From: Antedon mediterranea
Taxonomy: Eukaryota > Animalia > Echinodermata
Reading direction: 5' to 3'
DNA: 64,000 nt
Assembly (NCBI RefSeq): GCF_964355755.1
Contig: NC_092675.1
Coordinates: forward strand, 21,176,912-21,240,911
The notes below the pieces were generated by a model. That model did not search any database, was not told where the DNA came from, and was given only the letters and a program-made list of their open reading frames with translations. Below are positions 35,374-49,400 of the stretch, in pieces (the first letter of the stretch is position 1; every line of letters starts with the position of its first letter). Position numbers and translations under genes: made by a program.

Positions 35374-35730
35374 GTTATTTATTTATTTATTTATTTTATG
35401 TCTTTAGGCAATGTGGCCAAGGATTACCAATAGTGAATTAATCACTGTCCTATCAGATAGGTGGTAATCCCCCTGATACAGGGGCTATTGTGTGAACCAG
35501 TTCACCGGGGTAACCCCCTACTCTTTTTCGAATAATGAACTGGGTTCTTTAAAGTACACACAGGTTATAACTGTGTACACTGGACCTACGGTTTATAGTC
35601 CTTATCCGAGAAGACTTGTTCCACCACCAGAACTAGGAGCGAGTCGGCCTCGAACCCTTGCCGATGTTGTTATTGGCTCTTTAGGTACGGTAAACGGCGC
35701 CCCTGCCTTAACCGCTAGGCCATATGACTC
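35374..35730 (-). mobile_element. tRNA-derived SINE with Nin/Deu-like central domain
   Basis: On the minus strand: A box TGGCCTAGCGG, B box GGTTCGAGGCC, core TCTTCTCGGATAAGGACTATAAACCGTAGGTCC...AAAGAACCCA...TTCGAAAAAGAGTAGGGGGTTACCCCGGTG, and a (TAAA)n tail. Confidence 0.8.
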
Positions 35731-36836
35731 GCTCGTTGTAATTGAAAGAGATAAAAAATAAACGAATATATAAATTAAAATTGCAAATATATTAATTGGC
35801 TCCCACAACACAAGTTACTTTGCTTCCATAATAGTTTGCCTCTTTATTATATATATTTTATTTATACTCTATATTAATTAATTTGAAAAGAATAAATAAA
35901 TATTATTTTTTTTAAATTAAAAGCATGAAGTTTCCATTATTTTTCATTTTTTTTCATTTTTTTTCATTTCATTTATTTCAATATCATCATCGCAGCCTTA
36001 GCTGAATTACAAAGATATTTACATTTTCTCAATATTAAAATTTGTATAAAAGTATAAAACCAATGATAATTATATATAAAAAAGGAGGCAATTTACATAA
36101 GAAATACAATACAGGAACATTCAAAAAGTTTAGCTTAAAATATTAAAATATGTGCATTTGATAACCCGTGAAAATATAAAAATATCTCATCAGTAGTAAA
36201 TGCATACAAGAAGAATAATGACATTTTTAAAAAGTCATTACATTGTTGGCGAGATAGTACATATTACCTTGGAATTCCGCCTTACGCTAACCCCCAAGAT
36301 TAATGGACTATGCCATACTTTTTCTCACTTACTGGGCCTAAGGCTTGTTCACTCAGCTCAGACGTTTTGGTACAGATACACGTCAGAGATCGGTAACCAA
36401 CTTCGTAAGTAGCTCAATTATTATTTTTCTATTATCCAACATAATTTATAATAATTCGAGTATATTAATCTAAAATCGGTTATATTTGAATCAATTTTGT
36501 ATAATTCTTTTAAATGGTTGTTGAAGGTAAAAACAAGTATGTGCCTATGTAGAGTTGTATAACTTAAGAACATTATAATCACTAGATCTATATAAACTGT
36601 TCTTTAGGTATCTTCCGCTAGCTTAAGAAACAAAATCAAAATTCTATTAAAAATATTTTCAATTTACATTTATTTAGTCATCATTAGTACATACAGTAAG
36701 CATATCATATCATCATCATCCAGTACAACAGAAAGTCAAGAAGATAATTTTATCTTGTATTTTTTGATGTTTTTATATGAATGATTTTATGCTATATTTG
36801 TTTTTATTGTGTTTTCTTGTTATTATGACGAGCAAT

Positions 36837-36888
36837 GAATTTCCTTTTTGAGGATCAATAAAAGTTATCTTATCTTATCTTATCTTAT
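36837..36888 (+). mobile_element. LINE 3' tail fragment
   Basis: AATTTCC...GGATCAATAAAAG followed by a (TTATC)n tail, reminiscent of CR1/Rex-type 3' ends. Confidence 0.4.
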
Positions 36889-37026
36889 ATGGCTAAATCC
36901 TGCAGGTTTGAATTCTGTTTTTGCACACAAAAAAATAACCAATGCAAATGCATACATATTTCAATTATATTATTATATATATTAAGTTAATATATAATAA
37001 TATATATTATTTAGGAACTGGACAAT

Positions 37027-40000
37027 ATGGCTTCGTACAACATACTTCTTATTGCTGCGATCATTGCAATCGTAAGTTTAAAGTTTTATTCTTTTATTTT
37101 TGCATTATTCTGAAGTTTTTAATTTGATAAAATCTTGAGAAATAGGCATCACATTTTAAGGTTTTTTAATTCGGGTACAAATGTTTCCGGCCGCGGGACC
37201 AGTAAAACATCTTTATTACACGTTTCATATCATAGAACGTGTAATGTTATGTTATTTTAGCATTTTTGAAAAACGTAAACTTAAATAATGATTGTGATAT
37301 TGAAGATTGACCGGTCTGTAAGTCGGTCATTATAGTTTAACCTATATCCCGGTTGTTATTCTAATCCGTTACCCAATCTATGAAGTAAGTCCAAAACGTT
37401 TCCTTCGCTCCCACTATCAAAACAGAGAGATCCAGTCAGTATGCTCAACTTGAGTTATATATTTTAGATTTGAAATAATTCAAAGTAAAATTATCAATCA
37501 TGATAGGCCTATCGAAAGCTGTAGAACGTTGTGTGTGTATTATATTAACTATAATTATAACTGCTGACCATTTTGTGTGCACACAATTGGACTGGTATTA
37601 AAGGAACACCGTGCTTAAAATAACCTATACCAAAACACATCATTGGCTGAAAAACATCCTTAATAATGGTTAAATATTGTTGATATAATAATAAGAAAGT
37701 TAATGAACTGTACCGATTAGTTCCGTCTTCTAGAAATTGCAAACTTTTAAAAAGTTAAATAAAACTGAATAAATAAATTACAATAGGCATATTGTACAGA
37801 TGGCTATGATTGTGTGTTTGTTTATCTTATTTAATTCTTACGAATATTATATGACATAACGTCTAGACAAACAACACCAGTCACTACAATGAAAAATAAT
37901 TCGAAAATGACTAATGCGTCATACAGAGTAAGGTAAAGAAAACACACGCCTTATTATTTCAAGCTGTGGAATAGAAACTGAAGCATTTTTCAAAAAAAGA
38001 AATGAAAACAATTATATGGGTTGTGTATTATCAAAATCAAATATTGAAGCCTATAGCATAAATTAATAGGTTACAATGTTTAGTCCTTGAGGTATGGAGT
38101 AATATGAAATGTTTATTAGTTAAGACAACTGAAGATGTTTTTGAAAGTTCCCAAAACACTGTTCCAATCAACTTAGGCCTTAAAGCAGAGGGGCCGATGG
38201 GAAAATCACGTTTGGCAGGCTTTCTAACATAATTGAAATCTTATTTCAGCATATTGTTCTTTGTTTTGTTTTATTAACTTCCAAGCCTGGAGGTAAAAAC
38301 GAACTAAAATAACTAATCATAGCCTACGATTGAACAAAAACACTATTTCGTCCAAATGGTTAAAATTAACTGGTCTAAAACACAGTCGTTGGAAAGTGTA
38401 TTACTTTCACTAGGTCAGGAATGGTGTAATCCATCCATTGGTGAGAATGGTATCGTGTGGAGAAGTGAAATGAAATCTTGGACCAGTTGTCAGAATGGAA
38501 TGCTGGACAAATAACCTTTGACCCCATACTTATAATAATTCCATTTTACGCCTAGGCCTACCTAAACTTTTAATTTGATTTTGTAATAATCAAAGGTTTG
38601 TAATGTAACTTCCAGAACTATTCAATACTTCAGTAACAACTTCCAATTCTCGATTCGAATTTCTTTTATTTAGAAGTTTCAAAAGCACAAGACAACAGCT
38701 GTTGATAAATGAACATAATGATTCCAATTTTTACACTTTGATCCGTGGGCCTCATTGTACATTAATCAATGTTATCTTTCTTTAGGCATCAGCTGCCATA
38801 AGCCAAAAGGAGCTTGCACCAGAGGAAAGTAAGTATTATTGTACAAATAGTTTTACAAACAATTAAAAAATTGTAAAATATAGGCATATGACAAAACCAA
38901 CATAGTCGATACTGTTGCAAATTATATTTCAAACAAACATTTGATTGGAAATAACGTTTCTCCAATGCCAAACTATAGGTCTACCTTGTAGAAAATGGGC
39001 TAAATACATGATGTTTTATGTCTTCCTAAAATAAATCTTAATTTGTCTTTATCATTTGCATTATTAAAAACTATTAGACCATCCATGAGATAATCCATAC
39101 TCGTTTGACAATAAGGCAAATATTAAATAATAACCATAATAGTAAGTTAGACGTCACCTTCGCATGCAAGACATAACAAAGACCTTTAAGAACATACCTG
39201 GATGTTATCGACACCTTGTTATTTAGGTAATGTACTGCCAGGAGGTCTATGCACAAATCACTTATGTTATGGCAGGGCTTATTGACAAATGCAAACGCCT
39301 ATAGGCACGGTAACAATGTATTAACAAAATGTCATGTTATAGAATGTAATCCGGGTCCTTTCTGGTTTCCTGAGACCCATTTTATCCTCTCCCTCTCCTC
39401 TTTATTTTTATAACACTGTTTATTTTCATTGAATGTAATGAATAGGCCTAAATGTATTCCTATTCGAAAAATAAACGAAATCTAAGTAATTGGAGGATGG
39501 GCAGCAAAGTATGATCAAACTAATTATAATTCTGTAATTGAGTTAATTCAAAAAGTTCGTTCAGTTACGTCCTGCAAATCTTATCAAGCAAAATTTTGCT
39601 TAAGACTTTGGCAATTGTTTCTGGAAAGCATTTAACGTAGGAATGTAGACATGTAGGCCTACGGGTTTTTTGTCAATAATGTACAAACAAAAGCCACATT
39701 CACATAACATTTATATAATTATTTTAAATACAAGAACATCTGTTGTTTTTTATTAAATTTTCTTGTAAAGTAGTGTAATACGCAGAGAATAAAGCAAATA
39801 CAGTTTTCTTTGATACGTAACTTAATACCGTAATTATTTGTTAGACTTAACAGATATATATTTAGAAGCAATACGGTTTTGTGATGAAATGCGTTTACTT
39901 CGTTTTTGCTTGAAAAGATTTGCTTTTTGCATTTTGTTTACAACAGCGGTTTTTAGTCGCGTGGACGCGACTCAATAGTTCACTATGTCGGTCGGTCGGT

Positions 40001-43000
40001 CTGTCGGTCTGTCTGTCGGTCCGGTATCACTATGCGTTTTATCGCTTTTCTGTACTTTTTGAACTGTTTTGATGTACATTACTTTTTGAAAGTTCATTTT
40101 TTTTCTGAGAGCACGCGACTCATGGCTGTTGGCCTTGTTCATTGTTTATGTTAATAAGTCACAACCCAACATTTAAATTGGAGTAAAGCTCATCTAATTA
40201 CATGACACGTATTGTTCTCAATATATAAAATAATAAATGAATTTAAAAGTTTCTAATAAAGTACACGTCGAATAGAACAATTCCAAATCAGATTACGGAC
40301 CGTCAATGAAAGTTATTCAGTTCAATTCTCTCATTTACCAAAATTCCATCAATGTGTGTTGAACACCAAGTGGTCTAATGTCAGTGGTTCTAACTTTCAC
40401 TGGGAATGAATCATATCTGTAAAAGGTTGGATATGATATTACTATTTTTAATACCAATTATTCATCCCATTGGAATGTTAAAATCAACCCCTTTGGTATC
40501 CCGCAATGGTCGACGTGGCAACACCCATTAACTTTTACTTCCAATGCATGTATCAGTAACATAATCGAATAATATACTTTTTGATCAAAGACTGACACAA
40601 AAACATGATTAATATTGAAATATTGAATATCCTTTAACACAATTTACTTCACAATGGTATTTTAGCTAACATTGTTATCAAAAATGTCATTGTCTGAATA
40701 GACCGTGGAATGTTAGTTAATTGTTGTTTTAAAATATTAAAACTGTTAATGTTTTGAAACTTACCGGTAGGCCGACAAATATTTTACCATCGAAGATCCT
40801 TAGAATTTAATTATTGCTAATGTTCCTCATCACAGAGAGGACTCAACTATATCATAGAGAAATTATTTCCCCCAGGTCCCATAATTATGTTGAACAATGG
40901 ACTGTCTTGTTGTTCACAGCTAAAAATGTTTACCTCCATGCAATATGTATATCTGCTATACTCAGGAAATGATAACAACACAAAACCACTCTACAATAAT
41001 ACAATTAACTTATTCACATTTAAATTGATTAACGTAATTCCTTATGGCCCATTGATGGCAGGTACCATACGTAAGGAATGTACCAAATTATCCACCCTTT
41101 CTCTACTTAGGCTAATTTGAGTTGCATGCTAGTCCTTCGATTGGGTCAGACGGGTACTGCTGTGAGGGTAGAGTAATGTTGCATGGGTATCTGACAAGGC
41201 TCGCCATGAGGCACAATCCAATGGGTCACGTGATGCAATATGACTTGCCAGCTGAATCTAATTTTGGATTTTATAACCTTGATTTCATTGATAAAATGTG
41301 TAAACTTATTGCCAAGAAATTACTTTAAATTTGGGAAATCAAACTATAATGTTCTAGCATTTAGAAGTTTAGTCAAATTTTACTTATTTAAAAGTTAACA
41401 CATCCCTCATGGTTCTGGCGCAGCAGTCCTCTTCGCTTTGTTAATGGTTGCTACAGAGAACTTGTCACTCTACATTTCTTGTTCCTGCATCACGGCCGGA
41501 AATATTATTTTAATTATTGAGATATGTTATTCTTCCAAAACAAATTGTACAAAAGCTATACTTCTAAAAGCCAAAATTATGAGTATCATCAAAATGTCAC
41601 TTCTTACGTATGGTAGACTCTAGCTGCAAAGACTTGTTTATTACCAATAGAAATTTATTATCTATTACATTTTTTAAAACCAGAAACAACAGCAGAAACA
41701 AATCCGCCACATCAGTTTGGTTTAACAGATACAAAGACAATTACAACAACTCAGAAACACTTAAATTACGACGAAACAGATAAATATTGGAATTAAAAAT
41801 GTTGATATGGGGATGGGCCTGGACTATACTATTATAAGATAAACTTAATCTACTGATGTAACCATTTTAAAGAACATTTACTTTAGTAACACAGAGGATA
41901 TTGTTGTTTCTTAAATTACGGGCGGGAACACGAATACCGAAATTGGAGATAAAGTTGCACTAAAAAATAGAATGAAGACATTTAAAAAGAAAAATAAGAT
42001 CATTGTGATATCTAGTAATCAAGGGGGAGATATAGAATATATTTCTTTTTTCATCATCATTATAAGGATCGTTACATTTATAAAGGTTATTAATATATTA
42101 TTAAATTATTAGATAATTAAATACCACTGTTCAGAACATGCTGGAAGAAAATATGTTATAATGACATGATCTGTTATAGATATAGAATGTAAGGCTCTGT
42201 CTACACTATCAAACTACTTTGACAAAAGAGAGCTTCAAGACGTGAATTTTTCTTGTTTTATTTCTCCCTTTTCTATCCTTTAGACCCTTGCTATGGATAT
42301 AAGTGCAAGGATCCAGTTGGCTCTATGTGCGTAGTAGTCGAGAAGGGAACCAAATTGAAGCCGTCATGTGTCTGTCCGGAGGAATGTCCCACCGAAGTAG
42401 AGCCAGTCTGCAGTGTCTATGGCAAGCAGTATGATAACTTGTGTACTCTGCACAAAGTTGCCTGTGAAAAGAAACGAGCTATTCCAGTGGCCTTCCTCAG
42501 TGAATGTATCGGTAAGTGTAAGATAGTGAGGAAAATGTGTTCACTTACTACAAACATCACAGTAGAAATGTCTCCCTCTTGTTCTCTACAATGTTATTAG
42601 GAAAATTAACGTAACAAATGAACAAACGAATTAAATGTTTAACAGAGAGAGCACTTAAAAGTACATAATTCCGGTAACATAAGTAACTGCTTCAAGATTT
42701 GATGATTAATGATTATCTGATCCTTAATTAAAAACCTCTCCATCACAGATTTCAACTTTCAACTTTATTTCAGACAAACTGTCCATATGAAATTATGTCC
42801 GTATGATACTGTTTTTGTTATTGTACAATTGTCTTAGCAATTTAACCTTCTGTATTTTTATTGTAAGCCGGACTGCTATAGGCCTACCTACATTATTATA
42901 TTTTTTTACTTTTAAACCCTTTTTAACTGGTGGTTATGACTTAAAGTTGTCCGCAACTTATTTTGACCTCCATCTGCACATTTTTGATGTTTTTATGTTT

Positions 43001-44043
43001 ATTGTAATTTTTAAGTTATGTGTCTATCTTATTTTTAATTTGTAATTTTTATCTTTTATTTTAAAATGTGTGGAGAAACTAATAAAACAAACAAACAAAC
43101 AAACCGTACACTGTCTTTCTATCTTATTTCTTTTTTAAAAATCCAAATCACAGAAAAAGTTGTAAGAAATATAATATTTATTTTATTATATGTTGTATAA
43201 AACTTCTATTTGAATTGTACATTTTCTATATTATCACGTACGTGCAGCCAAGTCAACACCATGTGCTCAGTCAGAACTTGAAGACTTCCCACACCGTCTG
43301 TTGGAATGGTTCCTCCATCTGCGAGAAACCGAAGAGTTGGGAAAAGTCAATCCAGAGAACAACATCCGTAATATTGACATCAGTGAGAGGATCGAACTTG
43401 CCGAGGTAAATGGTCGCTTTTGGTGATACTTAGACACATATGAAAAACAGCTAATAGTCTCATCCAGTATTTATTCACTTTAACAAACAATAATTGACGA
43501 TTTTACTTATTTTTAGTGGAAATTCCAGCAGCTAAACAGGAACAAAAAAGACAACAAACTTGATCGTCGTGATCTCCGAGAATTCCGTTACGCATTGATG
43601 CCTCTTGAGCACTGTGCCGACAACTTCTTCAGCATGTGTGACAAAGGTGACAACGTCATCACACTCGATGAATGGATCGAATGCCTTCGAATCGATGAAG
43701 TCCGTAAGTATCGATTATATTGATTGATTTGTCTTATTTTCATTGACTGATCGATAATCCGTAAATATTTTACACCGGAACACATGCTATACCGTAACCA
43801 ATGTCTTCCGGTATTTTAGATTTAGTGTATCAATGATGAATATCTAACACGAGACCGGGTATTTCATTTAGTGGACAACGAATAACCGTATTAGTAGTTA
43901 CAGTAGGCCTAATTTTGTGTGCTTGACAACACATTAACATAATATAACATCACCAGTAATTGCATCGCAGCATCAGTAATACATTTCTGTTATTATCTTC
44001 TTACACAGCATACGAACCAACTGAAGACGATGAGGAGGAATAG
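37027..44043 (+). CDS. SPARC-like: SPARC/osteonectin-like secreted protein (signal peptide, follistatin/Kazal domain, EC EF-hand domain), 6 coding exons, 231 aa
   Basis: Exons 37027-37071, 38786-38828, 42284-42511, 43248-43405, 43517-43703, 44009-44043; phase-consistent (696 nt). Signal-like MASYNILLIAAIIAIASA, follistatin/Kazal cysteine pattern, ELEDFPHRLLEWF, WKFQQL, LMPLEHC, ITLDEWIECL. The first two exons are less certain. Confidence 0.88.
39950..40139 (+). mobile_element. HINE/DINE-1-like (Helentron-associated) non-autonomous element, short copy
   Basis: TTTTTAGTCGCGTG..GCGACT 5' end, (GTCG/GTCT)n microsatellite, CACGCGACT subterminal inverted repeat, GGCTGTTGGCC hairpin, TTGTT end. Confidence 0.75.
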
Positions 44044-44948
44044 ATGAAGAAGAAAATGAAGTTGAAACTACCTGGTCAGACGCACAGTGTTGCTACCTAT
44101 TAATCAATAGGTCCAACTAAAACAGAATTATAACTGTATAATTACGTGATATTTTTAAATTAAATTACAACTTGCATTAAATTGACTTAAAAATCAAAAT
44201 ACTGTACATATTTCCAGCTGGTTTTGGATATTATATTTTCAACCAAATTATGAAAAATGGTGCTATTTTCCATTTGTTTTTTAATTCTCGTTTTAGCTAA
44301 AGTAGATTTAGAAGTAAAATGTACTACAAAAGTAGTATTCTTGTTTCCTGATAATTAATCATTTTTATTTATTTATTTTTATTTGATATAAATCATGAAT
44401 GCTGTATGTTAAAATAAGGCGAATATTATATTGAAACGCCTTTATTCTCCTCCCCATATACATTTGTGACTAGAATAAATATGTTACGTAGAAAACGTTT
44501 TTTTTTTCTTGGCGTTTCCCCTCTATTTTCTTTCAAAAACTCTTCACTCATTCATCCTGTATTATCAAACCTTTACAGTTGACTTTTATTTTGTTCAAAT
44601 GACTCAATCTTAGAAGAATCTAAAAGCATTAACATTTTCTGAAAAAGAACTGAAATATTGAATGTACAAAATAGTCATATGCTTAAAAGTAAAACAAATG
44701 ACAAAACAAAGCATAGTATTCCCTGAGAGTTAGCCATCGAGTTACTTATTTATATTCTCCCTAGTTTGTTTCACTGAAATGAGTGTCCCCTTAAATCACA
44801 AAGGAGGGGTTCTATAGTAAAAGTGTACCGTCGAGTTAAAATAATTCCATTTACAATCGTCCAATAAAGGACTGCATTGAGTGCTCCCTTCCACTGAAGA
44901 CAAAAACAATGTTAGGGCGTTGTTTACACTTTAGTATCAGCAATGTAA

Positions 44949-45077
44949 AGCTTGGTTCCCACTAGGACGAAACGCAAGTGTTTTGACCAATCACAAGCTA
45001 TGGATTATTCGAACAGTGGCTTGTCATTGGTAAACTCGCTTGCGTAGCGGGTTAGTCCTTGCGTCCTAGCCCACGCT
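44949..45077. mobile_element. Harbinger-type MITE, same family as 35013-35191
   Basis: TAA|AGCTTGGTTCCCACTAGGACG...CGCT|TTA. A more decayed copy lies at ~45833-45933. Confidence 0.7.
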
Positions 45078-46433
45078 TTACAGTTGATATTAATTTACTT
45101 TCGCATATATCTCCAGCTATTCATTTTTCATAAAACATTTGAAAACCGCAGTTAAGTGGTCCGTATTATGTTTATGCTGAAACTTAGCTTTCATAAAACA
45201 AGTTAAAATACTGCAGCAGGAATGGAAACAATAATCATAACGAAATACAGTATTAACCAAAGTGTCAAATGCTTTATTTCCAAAATTTTAATTGGTTATA
45301 CAATATTTGAAATAATGCTTTTATAGAATTATCTAGTTATACTAAAAGTGTGATTTAACATCTTTGAAGCCAATAACTAAAGCAATATATAAAGACAAAA
45401 ATACTAAATAAAACATATACTGTAAGTTACATAAAAAATGGATTGATTATGCAAGCCGTGTCTAATATTGTACCATGATATTTGCTTGTGGCGATGATGA
45501 TAAACGATTTATTAACCGTAAAAATACTTTTTTTTCTTAAGAAATGGAGACTAACAAGTATTAACTAAACATAAATATATTTAAATATTATTTGTCCCGT
45601 CTCCTCGGATGTTTTGAACTTCATGACAAGCAATGTTATATCAATAGATGTAATGGCTAAGATACATACAATGAAGTATAGGTATAAGCATGCATTAACA
45701 GAGTTTTATAATGTAAAACTGGTCTAGCAGCAATATTGTTACGATTACTGATGATTCTTATGTTATAACGTACTAAATTCAAAGCATTTGTTACAAAAAC
45801 GATGAATAATCTTCTACAGTTCTAATGCATCAAAAGTCTGGTTCCCATTCGGACACAACTGTTGCTTGCGATTGGTCTACCCACCCGTGTAATGCCTAGG
45901 TCATTGCGTTCATCCACGTTTGAATCCAGCTTAAGAAGTCAAGTCTGTGATGTAAGGCGCTATTACCACCCTTTGAGTTTTCATTCATTATGTGACACAT
46001 GACAAAATTTACAGCTTATCAATTACATGAAAACTAACATCCACACTTAGAAGTGCAGGTTTTTATATGCAAAATGAGTCAATTTAACAGTCAACATTAT
46101 TAAAACTTAATAGCACAAAAATAGGACAACTAGGTAAAGCAAACATCTCTATAAATTTAAAGCTAAAATACATTTTTAAAAAACACACAAATGACAAAAC
46201 AAGTTGCTGCATAGGACTCGCAACTCAAGAACTTTTTGCTAACAGTGATTGTAGATATGTCCTAAAATTACATTAAAATATTTACATAGGTCACATGGCT
46301 AGTGCTAAGGACATACAACACACTACCATAGTTGTCATCTCACTCTACAGTAATTGTGAAATTTAAAAAAGCTGAAAGCATCAGAAAATATGATATACAG
46401 AACGAACATTAGTGATATCTCTATGAATGTCCA

Positions 46434-49400
46434 TCAGTCATCTGCTGGAATCGGAGATGCTGAGCGTGATCTACTGTGACGATCACTTCCATTTTCAAGT
46501 CTGAAACCAAAGAAATTATGAATTTATCTCTTTACATCGAATAGCAAGCACATAACAAGCGTTTTCAATTTGTGAAGACCTAAAACATATGAACATTTAA
46601 AAACTTAGAAACCACAAGGAATCAAGTGAGTACTAGCCCTGCATGACGTCACTACAGTAGATGCAGATTGTTACAATTCCAAAGCTTCATGTTTACAGTA
46701 TGGAAACAAATTATGTTTTTTAAATTCTCATACAAGGCTCAGGTAGTCGTGCTGCTGTTTTGCCAATAAGACAGAGCCAGGATTTTAACCAAGGACTCCC
46801 TTCTCAGTTGTTGTGTTCTGTTTTCTTCTCGTGTTTCCCCCTCCCCTCAACATCCAAAACTCAATTTGAATTAAAGATTGGTTCTTCCAATGTTCGCATG
46901 AGCTGCAGTAAAGAGAGCTACAGATACATTTTAACTAAGGCCATGGCATGCAAATGGTTGCCGGACAGAGAAAAAAGACAACTAGAATTACCTGTCACTT
47001 TTGACTGATCCTGCGGCAGATCCACGACTGCGGCTACGACTTCTGTCCCTAGACTGTTCAACTTCGCGGCTTCCACTACGACTCTTTCTTTCGGCGCTCC
47101 TGCTTTTACTTCTACTTTTGCGACTTCTGCTTCTACTCTTGCGACTTCTGCTTCTGCTTTTACGGCTTCTGCTTCGACTGTTGCGATCTCTACTTCTATC
47201 GCGACTTCCGCTTTTCTGTTCACGACTGTGACTTTTCCGTTCCTTACTTACACTGCGATCACGACTTTTCCTCTTATCTCCAGATCTGAAAAACATTTTT
47301 TAAGGGTCTTATATTTATTATGCTTAATTAAAAAACAAGGTTGCTAGTGACAACACATTAGCAGCCTTTGTTGTCACGACGCACCAATAATAAATTATGT
47401 GCTAATTTGCAGAATGACTTTATACCCGATAGCTGCATTTGTCAAGTGATGCATATGAAAATAAAAGGTTTCAATTATTAGACCACCCTCCAACAAGAGT
47501 GTATACTCAAAGTTAACTCCGTAGAATACACAGTTTAATTACAACATTGGATAACTGTTCAGTTTCCTTTATTACTAATTATAGGGGAAAATTACACCCT
47601 GGATGGAGGTAATGTAAAACATACACAGTAAAAATAAATTACTTAAACCAAACAGTTTAACTGTGACTGTCCTATAAGTTGGTTGTCCTAAGAGTTTAAA
47701 TAGTGAAAAATCTAAAACCCTAACCTTGATCGCCTTCTTTCTCGCGATCTGTCCCTTGAACGAGAACGATTCCTGTTGCGCGATCTGTCAGAAACAACAA
47801 ACAAATATTTTATTGTACTATAAATTCCAAAGATTAAATAAAAGGCTAATATGATTAGATTATATTCAAACTTTCAAATGTGTGAAAGCTATTTAAAATA
47901 CATTCTAAAAATGGAATTAAGATTGCCTGATGGTGGTGAAGTGGATTGTTATGCAACACTAGAGTACTTCAATACTGTATAATACCAGGTCAGATGCACT
48001 TGAAGTAGTTTCAATGGCTGTTGTTTAGCTCTATACACTTTTTAGTCCTGTCCGATGCACATGAGTAATTTTCTCACGACCTTTTTGACCTACTTTATCA
48101 TGTAAAATGTAGAATGATTTAGTGCAATTATTCTACAATAATTATATTATTTTACTCTTCCAGCTGGACCTGCAGGCCAGCTGATACCCAGAAACTTTCT
48201 TTAAAATTACAAAATATTTATACTTTAAACTAAATTACTACAAAAAATGTTATAGTACCTTGATCTAGATGATCTGCGTCTTCTGTCTCTTGATCGTGAT
48301 CTTGACCTGATGCAAAGATATAGAAAATAATTACTAACATTTAATATTTATGTCACAGTGACTACTATGAACTGTAGACTTCAAACCAAGCCATGCAAGT
48401 ACAACCATATAGAGTTCCGTATATAACTTTACGTACAAAACTAATTACATTTTTGACTAAAATTATTTAAAAAATAATGTGTTCTTTAAGTGTGTGTTGG
48501 TAAGAAAATGATCAAAAACTATAAAAAAAATATGTTAATATCTAAACTTTGAAGCAATACAATGTTAGTAACATTGATAAGCTTTACAGCAATATCCCCG
48601 TACTTACAATAGTACCAGTGGTGCCTATAGAGGGCACCGTTTAAAACGAGCAGCTGCAAATATTGGTTAGTGTGTGGCGCAGAGGGAAGAGTGTGGTGGC
48701 TATATATGACAATGGTCGACTACTAGACTGGTAACAACGCAGCAGGCTTGGTTGTTTGTAAAATGTGTATTATTTGGTGGTGGTCAGGTCTGTTGACAAT
48801 CGTCGCGGAAACGAGAAGCCATTAGCAAGACCGAATAGTAGGACGTATAGATCAGTCGGTATTGGTGGTGGTAGTAGTAGAAGTACATGGTTTGGTATTA
48901 TGCTTTTAAGTCCATGAATGCTTGGTTGGTCTGGGTTAAAATGATTATCGTTTGGTAAGTTGCTCAGAAGTAGTTTATCAAACACCTATAATAAAAACTT
49001 TTCAGTAAAAACCAACACGTGTTTACTTTTTTATTCACTTTACTATTGTAAATTGTCCTGCAAAAATATTTCTGCCGGAATAATCAAAACTCGCGAATTT
49101 TACAAAAGCTAAAAGAAAAGTTTAAGCTGATGATGCCATCTCTGCAAAGAGTAAAGCTTTGCTCCTTCTTAAAGAAAGTCACAATAATTAAATATCTGTA
49201 CTGCTCTGCATAACTTTATATTTTGTCAATGAAATGCTAGGGTTATAATGAATTTTATTATGGCTGCAAAACTAATAGAAACAAAGCTTAAAAAGCACCT
49301 CAAAATAACAAAAAATTATTATACTGAATTTTTCAAATAGGAAAATTAGTGACACTCAAAAGTCTGTAATTCCACATTCGATTCAGTTTGACAACTCAAC

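Noticed and set aside
46918-47231. Leu-rich (+) and Ala/Glu/Val-rich (-) ORFs
   Set aside because: Antisense and alternative frames of the RS-domain exon.
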